From a bacterium (GTDB lineage: Bacteria > Electryoneota > Electryoneia > Electryoneales > Electryoneaceae), in the NCBI GenBank assembly GCA_043801585.1, contig JAZDLX010000007.1, positions 80,625-144,624 on the forward strand: DNA of 64,000 nt, written 5' to 3'. Below, in pieces: positions 58,598 to 64,000 of this stretch. The notes beneath the pieces were generated by a model, which was given only the letters and a program-made list of their open reading frames with translations, was not told the DNA's origin and did no database searches. Position numbers and translations under genes: made by a program. How positions within the stretch are numbered: position 1 is the first letter of the stretch; every line of letters starts with the position of its first letter.

Positions 58598-58652
58598 TGA
58601 GGGGATACCCCGCCGGGAGGGCGGGGAATATCAATGGTGACAACGGTTTTGC

Positions 58653-59237
58653 CTACTTCTTGTTCAATTCCGCCTCGATCAGAATATCGACCATGTTGTC
58701 AGCGACGACACCTCCACCCTCGATGCTTTTATTCCAGTTTATACCAAAGTCCAAGCGGTTAATCCGTGCGTTTGCGCTCGCCGCGATTTTTGTTCCGCCA
58801 AACACCTTCATCGGGGGAGTGGGACCTTCGACGTTCAGCGTGATCTCTTTGGTCACTCCGCGGATCGTCAAATCACCGATCATCTCGAGGCTGTCGCCGA
58901 CCCTGATGACCTTTTTGCTGACGAATGTCATCAGCGGGTACTTCTCGACATAAAAGAAAGCTTCACTCCTCAGATGGTTGTCGCGGTTGCTGTTGCCGGT
59001 GTTGATCGAATTGACGTCGATAGTAACGCTCACGCTCGCATTTTCCGGATGCTCAGGATCGTAATTCACCGAACCGCTGAAGGTGTCGAATTGCCCCCAG
59101 ACGTTCGCGATCATCAGGTGTTTCACACGAAATTTGACCTGGGTGTGTGGCATGTCAAATTCCCATTCAGAGGCGTTGGCAGAGATGGCACTACCCAGGA
59201 ATACGACAGACAACAGTGCATGAATCGTTCGCTTCAT
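58653..59237 (-). CDS. yceI: YceI-family periplasmic (polyisoprenoid-binding-like) protein
   Basis: Signal peptide from ATG 59237 (RBS AGGGG) and a YceI-like beta-barrel (WEFDMPHTQVKFRVKH...FGINWNK). The track's longest start is 59330. Confidence 0.8.
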   Translation of the reverse strand: MKRTIHALLSVVFLGSAISANASEWEFDMPHTQVKFRVKHLMIANVWGQFDTFSGSVNYDPEHPENASVSVTIDVNSINTGNSNRDNHLRSEAFFYVEKYPLMTFVSKKVIRVGDSLEMIGDLTIRGVTKEITLNVEGPTPPMKVFGGTKIAASANARINRLDFGINWNKSIEGGGVVADNMVDILIEAELNKK

Positions 59238-59281
59238 GAGCCCCTCACGGAGGTTGATGAAGAATGTGGTTAGCTTCTTTA

Positions 59282-59764
59282 TCACATGTTCGCCAATGAT
59301 TCTCGGACGACTGGAGGGTGGAGTGTCCACCCCAGTTTTTTCGCCATGTTTCCGAGGATGTCCATTTCTTCCACGGAAAATTCGGTGAATGCCTCAGCGA
59401 TCAGCGCGACATGTCCAGGCAACAACTCCTCGAACAGATCCTTTCCGGTTTTGGTCAGCAATACTGTCATTTTCCGACGATCGTCCTTGTCACGAATTCT
59501 GCTGACGAGTTTCTGCTTCTCGAGGTTATCGATCACCATGGTCATGTTTCCGCTGCTCTTGAGAATCTTCTGAGCCAGGATCGATTGGCACATCGGGCCG
59601 AGATGGTAGAGAGCGTCCAGAACGCCGAACTGACTGATCGTCAACCTGTTGTCGTAGAAGGTTCTGCTGACATGACCGATCAGCGAGTCGACTGCACGAA
59701 TCAGCTTGATGTAGGTGCTGAGCACTTTCCTGTCCCTCAGGGACCCCTGGTAATGGCTGGGCAT
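59282..59764 (-). CDS. MarR-family transcriptional regulator (upstream of yceI)
   Basis: MarR winged-helix core (ISQFGVLDALYHLGPMCQSILAQKILKSSGNMTMVIDNLEKQKLV); 160 aa. Confidence 0.75.
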   Translation of the reverse strand: MPSHYQGSLRDRKVLSTYIKLIRAVDSLIGHVSRTFYDNRLTISQFGVLDALYHLGPMCQSILAQKILKSSGNMTMVIDNLEKQKLVSRIRDKDDRRKMTVLLTKTGKDLFEELLPGHVALIAEAFTEFSVEEMDILGNMAKKLGWTLHPPVVRESLANM

Positions 59765-59777
59765 AGCATCTCCATCC

Positions 59778-59803
59778 GTAATTGCTTAATGTTAAGCTAT
59801 TAC
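59778..59803. promoter_or_regulatory. Putative MarR operator: 26-bp near-palindrome GTAATTGCTTAATGTTAAGCTATTAC (core GCTTAAtgTTAAGC)
   Basis: Located 14-39 nt upstream of the marR start at 59764. Confidence 0.4.
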
Positions 59804-59859
59804 ATTTTTATTGTTAGGCCAACCGAATGTGATGAGACGGAGAGCAGGGAGAGCAGCGG

Positions 59860-59903
59860 TTGAAAACGAGAAACAGCCTCATGCTGACACACATGAGGCT
59901 GTT
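59860..59903 (-). terminator. Intrinsic terminator after the POT transporter gene
   Basis: 12-bp stem AACAGCCTCATG/CATGAGGCTGTT, followed on the minus strand by TTCTCGTTTTC. T-runs on both sides, so it may act bidirectionally. Confidence 0.5.
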
Positions 59904-59925
59904 TTTTGCGATGTTTACAAAAAGT

Positions 59926-61449
59926 TCAGGCGTTCATATCCGACCATTTCTTCGCCATCTGGTTAAAGATGATCAGGGCGATGATCGCCAGCACTCCAAT
60001 CGTGGCGATGGGAATCCAGACATGAAACTGGGGGTTGTAGGTGTCCCAGAGCAGCCGTGTGGCATCGCTTCCGCCAAGATTCAACGTCTGTTTCAACGCC
60101 TCAAAGGACTCCGTTCGTGGAATCCCGAGCAGATGTTCGAGCTGACTGGGACTTCCGTTCCACTGTCCGAGTTTTCCCTCGCCCAACGCCGTGTGTTGGA
60201 GCAGGTATTTCTGCGCGAGTACCGCCTTGTCGCCCCAGCGTCCATAGAGCCATCCCGCAAGCTGGCTTCCAACGAAAAGACCAATGCCAACCGGAATGTT
60301 CACATAGCCGAGGTACAGACCCTTTTTGCCGGGAGGGGCGATCAGGCCGAGGTATTCGTTCTTCTTCGGTCCGGTAAGCATCTCGCCGAGGGAGAAAAAG
60401 ACGACTCCGAGCAGGAAGACCGAACCGAGCGTGGTGAAACCGGCGACGAGGATGCCGCAGGTGGCGACGGTCATTCCGATCACCATGGCGGAGAGAGTCC
60501 GCATCTTGCGAACGGTCCATGAGACCGGGATCATCAGCAGGACGATCAGCGCGGCGTTCAGGTTGAGCAGAATTTCCTGTGGCACCTGAGGGCCACGGTC
60601 CGTGAGCACCACCCAGCTTCTCGGCAACCAGCCGCTATGCTGCACCCCGGCAGCGAGAGCGCTTGAATCGATCCAGTCCGTGATGAAGTTGGGATGCAGA
60701 TCCCAGAGCTGGTACATCATCAGCCAGAAGCAGCTCATGATCAGCAGCCACGAGATCAACCGTGGCTCCGCGATGTTTTTCATCGTATAGACGAAAACCT
60801 GCAGCGGGGTGCGGGATTTGTCCGCGCCCGATTCAAAATCCTTGAAGGTGAAGAGCATCAGGTAGTTCAGCGAGGTGATGCCCGCCGCGACCAGGAACAG
60901 GAGTTTCCAGGAATACTCATGGCGAATGAACGCTGCGAGCAGCGGTGCGATGGCCGCGCCCACGTTCACGATCCAGTAGAAGATACCCCAGCCGAGCGAA
61001 CTGTTTTTCTTGGAGAGGTTCTGCGCAAGGCTGCCCTGCAGGGATGGCTTGAAAAACGCCGTCCCCGACGCGAGGATCATCACAGCGGCGAAGAACCCCC
61101 AGAAGCTGTGCATGTAGGCCATCAGCACATAGCCGAGGATGTTCATCGACACGGAGAAGACGAGGGTCTTCTTGTACCCGTAACGGTCGGCATAACCGCC
61201 GGTGACCATCGGCAGGATGGATTGGAACACCCCCCACCAGGCGTAGATGTAGCCTTTCTGCAATGCGGTGAAATGGAGGCCGTGGACTTCATCGGCCTGC
61301 ATGATGTAGATGGCGACTACGGAGCGGACGAGGAAGTAGGCCATCCGCTCCCACATCTCCATCACGTTCAACATCCAGTAGCCGAAGGGAAAACCAAACA
61401 GTCGAAAACTGCCCTGATTCTGCGGCGTGGGCACGGTCGTTTCACTCAT
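59926..61449 (-). CDS. Proton-dependent oligopeptide transporter (POT/PTR2-family MFS permease)
   Basis: ExxERxxYFG-like motif (EMWERMAYFLVRS), GWGIFYWIVNVGA, 12+ TM; 507 aa. Confidence 0.8.
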   Translation of the reverse strand: MSETTVPTPQNQGSFRLFGFPFGYWMLNVMEMWERMAYFLVRSVVAIYIMQADEVHGLHFTALQKGYIYAWWGVFQSILPMVTGGYADRYGYKKTLVFSVSMNILGYVLMAYMHSFWGFFAAVMILASGTAFFKPSLQGSLAQNLSKKNSSLGWGIFYWIVNVGAAIAPLLAAFIRHEYSWKLLFLVAAGITSLNYLMLFTFKDFESGADKSRTPLQVFVYTMKNIAEPRLISWLLIMSCFWLMMYQLWDLHPNFITDWIDSSALAAGVQHSGWLPRSWVVLTDRGPQVPQEILLNLNAALIVLLMIPVSWTVRKMRTLSAMVIGMTVATCGILVAGFTTLGSVFLLGVVFFSLGEMLTGPKKNEYLGLIAPPGKKGLYLGYVNIPVGIGLFVGSQLAGWLYGRWGDKAVLAQKYLLQHTALGEGKLGQWNGSPSQLEHLLGIPRTESFEALKQTLNLGGSDATRLLWDTYNPQFHVWIPIATIGVLAIIALIIFNQMAKKWSDMNA

Positions 61450-61540
61450 TGATCGTCACTCCGTCGTTTTGCGGTCCAATTCCGAATTTCCGCGAATCTA
61501 AGCCATGCCTTGAAGGGGAACAAGCGAAGGAGAGGTGGGT

Positions 61541-61626
61541 TTGTCATCCCCCGGCTTGACCGGGGGATCCAGATATTTTTCGATTCTTTCGTTTCCCTTG
61601 GATTGCCCCTCAAGCCGGGCAATGAC
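61541..61626. mobile_element. MITE-like element (86 bp), second copy: TGTCATCCCCCGGCTTGACCGGGGGATCCAGA - 27-nt AT-rich core - TGGATTGCCCCTCAAGCCGGGCAATGACA
   Basis: The terminal ~30-bp hairpins are reverse complements of each other and near-identical to the termini of the 48738-48910 element. Sits between the symporter stop and the POT promoter region. Confidence 0.4.
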
Positions 61627-61674
61627 ATAAAGGGGAGGAGTGCTGAACAAGCATGTATGAAACGGCACCAGCAA

Positions 61675-63051
61675 TCAACGATTACGGATGTAGCCAGGGA
61701 ACAGAGTGACAACGCCGACGAACAAACCGATAAAGATCGGCTGCACTCCGAAGGGATAGCCTGTGCCATAGGAGCCGAGAAATGTCCAGACCGCTGCCGA
61801 GACTCCTGCGAGAAGCATCGAGACGCTCACCCAGGGATCGCGGAACCGCACCCTTTTGCGAAAACTCGCGATCAGGGGCAACAGCAGCATCGGAGTTCCA
61901 ACGGAACCGAGGTCGTACCAGATTTTGACGACCGACTCTTTCCACAGTGCGATCAACACGGCCAGCAGTGCGGAAGCCAGCAGCCCCCACTGGATGCGCC
62001 GGACATCCCAGCGTAAATGAGTCCCCCGTGCCCGGGCGACCAGATCGCGCCCGAGTGTCTGGGCGGCGAGAAACCCGTAGGAATCCACCGTCGACAGGAT
62101 TACTGAAACCAACCCGAGGAGAAACAGCCCGGTGACGCCCGGCGGGAGTACTTTCGCCGCCAGCAGGGGGTATGACAGAAGCGGATCGGCGCCGGGTCCG
62201 AGGATCGCCCTCGCGTAGAGCCCTGAAAAACTGGTGAGAGCGTCGAAAAGCACCCAGAAAAGGATCGAAACGAGGATCCCGCGTCGTGCGGTCCGGGAAT
62301 CCCGGGCGGCGCTGCAACGTTGATGAAATCCGGGGTTCACCAGGGTCGATAGCGCGATCACGTACCAGACCAGCACCGCCCCGATCGGTAACCCGCCGTT
62401 CCACGTCAGATGGTCCTTCGGGAGGTTTGATTTCAACCACGTCAGTCCGCCAGAGTGAATCACCGCGAACGTCAGCAACAGGATAAACCCGATGTACATC
62501 AGCACGAATTGAACCGCATCCGTCCGCACGACCGACCGAAATCCCCCGAAAGCGATGTAGATCGTTGAAAGAAGCGTTCCGATCACCACCCAGACAGCGA
62601 GTTGTCCTCCGAACGTTGCCTGCAGAAGAACTCCGATCATCAGCACATAAGCCGCGGGAACAGTCATGACGAAGACAACCCCTGCGCCGATCAACGCCGG
62701 GCGCCGTCCGAACGCCTTCTCGAGCTGGTCGGAAATCGATGTTACGCCGGAGATCCGGATCCGGTTCGCAAGGAACAATGCGTAGAGCAGCGCCGCAAGG
62801 TAATAGGGCACTCCGAAAACGAGCCAGTTGCTGATTCCATAGGTAAACGAGTATTCGCCGACTCCGAGGATGCCTCCGTACCAGGTCGAAACGAGAGTTG
62901 CCACGAAAGCAGGCAGGGTCAACCGGCGACCGGCGAGCAAGTACTCACTTTCATCACCGTGAGCCTCGTTCCGTGTCCGCCAGGTGACAACGACCAGAAA
63001 GAGGATGTACCCCGCCAGCAGGATTCCGTCGATCGGATGCAATTTCAGCAT
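61675..63051 (-). CDS. Sodium:solute symporter family (SSF) transporter
   Basis: 458 aa, 13-TM SSF topology. Substrate unknown. Confidence 0.8.
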   Translation of the reverse strand: MLKLHPIDGILLAGYILFLVVVTWRTRNEAHGDESEYLLAGRRLTLPAFVATLVSTWYGGILGVGEYSFTYGISNWLVFGVPYYLAALLYALFLANRIRISGVTSISDQLEKAFGRRPALIGAGVVFVMTVPAAYVLMIGVLLQATFGGQLAVWVVIGTLLSTIYIAFGGFRSVVRTDAVQFVLMYIGFILLLTFAVIHSGGLTWLKSNLPKDHLTWNGGLPIGAVLVWYVIALSTLVNPGFHQRCSAARDSRTARRGILVSILFWVLFDALTSFSGLYARAILGPGADPLLSYPLLAAKVLPPGVTGLFLLGLVSVILSTVDSYGFLAAQTLGRDLVARARGTHLRWDVRRIQWGLLASALLAVLIALWKESVVKIWYDLGSVGTPMLLLPLIASFRKRVRFRDPWVSVSMLLAGVSAAVWTFLGSYGTGYPFGVQPIFIGLFVGVVTLFPGYIRNR

Positions 63052-63069
63052 GTGGGATCCCAGTCTCCC

Positions 63070-64000
63070 TTAGAACAACGCACTGAGTCCAAGGAAGACA
63101 TTTCGTGTGGCGCCGACGTAATAATAGTTCTCCCCGTAAACGTAACCGGACGTTTCGTACTCTTCATTCAGCAGGTTGTTCACCCTCAGATTTGCCTCGA
63201 GGGTCGCATAGGGGATCAGGCGAGGCAACCGCAGGGATGCTGAGAGACCAACGACGGTTGACGGATCGATGGTACGATCCTCGCTCTGCGTGTTGTCAAG
63301 GTATTGCTTGCCAAGATGCTGCACATCCACGGTCACCTGTGCATCACGAATTCGGTATCCCACCCCCACGGACGCCATGATCGAAGGAAAAAGGGCGATC
63401 CTGTTTCCGTCGAGGGTAACAGCGTTCACTCCGACAAGATTCCAATCGTCGTCGTAGACCGCTTCGTTGACGGTGTAGTCGGCGAGCACATCTGACGAAA
63501 GGGTCAGATAGAGCCACCCGATCAAGCCGCGTTCCGGTTTGCAGGAGGCTTCCAGTTCGATGCCGCGATGCAGCGAGCGTTTGGCGTTGTCGGTTACCGG
63601 CGATCCGTCACGAATTCCGCCCGCGGGAACGATCTCGTTGTGAAAATCCATCCAGTAGCCATCCAGTTTCAAATTGACGTCGTTTTTCATCCAGGAGGCG
63701 CCTACCTCCAGGTTGACCACCCGTTCCGGGTCGATGGATGGGTCGCTCCATTTGATGTAGCGGACCTTGGAACCTGACCGCACGGTATCCGGAGTCTGGA
63801 AAAGTGGATCGACACCCAGATCGTCCGGCCCCGACCAGACATCCCAGTATTCGTCATTGACCGGAGCACGGTGGGACATTGCTGCTGTCAGGTAGGAAGA
63901 GAGCTCTCGGGTGAATGAGTAATTGAGGCCGATTTTCGGGTTGAGGAATGTGTAATCGACTGTGAAGCGATTCAGTTGATCCCCTTTGAAATTCCCCTCG
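63070..64000 (-). CDS. TonB-dependent outer-membrane receptor, C-terminal beta-barrel part (5' end beyond the window)
   Basis: Ends in C-terminal Phe (GLSALF), with alternating beta-strand pattern and aromatic girdle residues. The reading frame stays open to the window edge upstream of the annotated Met. Confidence 0.6.
   Translation of the reverse strand, partial: EGNFKGDQLNRFTVDYTFLNPKIGLNYSFTRELSSYLTAAMSHRAPVNDEYWDVWSGPDDLGVDPLFQTPDTVRSGSKVRYIKWSDPSIDPERVVNLEVGASWMKNDVNLKLDGYWMDFHNEIVPAGGIRDGSPVTDNAKRSLHRGIELEASCKPERGLIGWLYLTLSSDVLADYTVNEAVYDDDWNLVGVNAVTLDGNRIALFPSIMASVGVGYRIRDAQVTVDVQHLGKQYLDNTQSEDRTIDPSTVVGLSASLRLPRLIPYATLEANLRVNNLLNEEYETSGYVYGENYYYVGATRNVFLGLSALF

Overview
This 64 kb window is high-GC (~60%) and reads as ordinary chromosomal core genome, with about 55 protein genes, two clear tRNAs and no defence island.

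The lineage is probably Bacteroidota/Rhodothermota-like (FCB group). That is an inference from a DUF3098-like small membrane protein, a TonB-dependent receptor, a POT permease, SPOR/DUF4097 proteins and Bacteroidetes-style weak ribosome-binding sites.

Gene order, left to right:
- Cell wall and division: PBP1A (5' partial), a SPOR protein, a PfkB kinase, a beta-class DNA methyltransferase, a secreted M1-like metallopeptidase, Mpl, an alpha/beta hydrolase, YggS, DivIVA, a DksA/TraR zinc finger and LspA.
- A TPM / nucleotidyltransferase / LemA / DUF62 cluster, then pgi, purF, a CDP-alcohol phosphatidyltransferase and cysS.
- Three secreted proteins of unknown function (DUF3108-like, DUF4097, LiaF-like toast-rack).
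- A minus-strand marR-tolC-MFP-RND efflux operon.
- A LOG-like protein, mltG, pcrA/uvrD and a 1231-aa TPR protein.
- nadC, a GH57 branching enzyme, a GalT-like HIT transferase, a GT2 glycosyltransferase and folD.
- An M28 peptidase, then a promoter / small membrane ORF / tRNA-Val / tRNA-Asp / terminator unit.
- rocD, glgP, a cNMP-binding protein, an AI-2E transporter, purL, Yip1 and pgpA.
- Minus-strand marR-yceI, a POT peptide permease, a sodium:solute symporter and a partial TonB-dependent receptor.

I see no integrase, transposase, CRISPR array, restriction enzyme or toxin-antitoxin pair, so I do not find a convincing novel system here.

The points most worth a second look are:
- a tRNA-Sec-like sequence (anticodon UCA) between mpl and the hydrolase;
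- a family of MITE-like palindromic elements with hairpin terminal inverted repeats (tRNA-Asp/rocD gap, and again between the symporter and POT genes);
- a 28-bp-arm near-perfect inverted repeat directly upstream of purL;
- an orphan beta-class DNA methyltransferase translationally coupled to a PfkB kinase and an M1 peptidase;
- palindromic operators in front of both marR genes.

Coordinates for RNA genes and small motifs were counted by hand from the sequence lines and may be off by 1-2 nt. All CDS coordinates follow the supplied ORF track; only start codons were refined.
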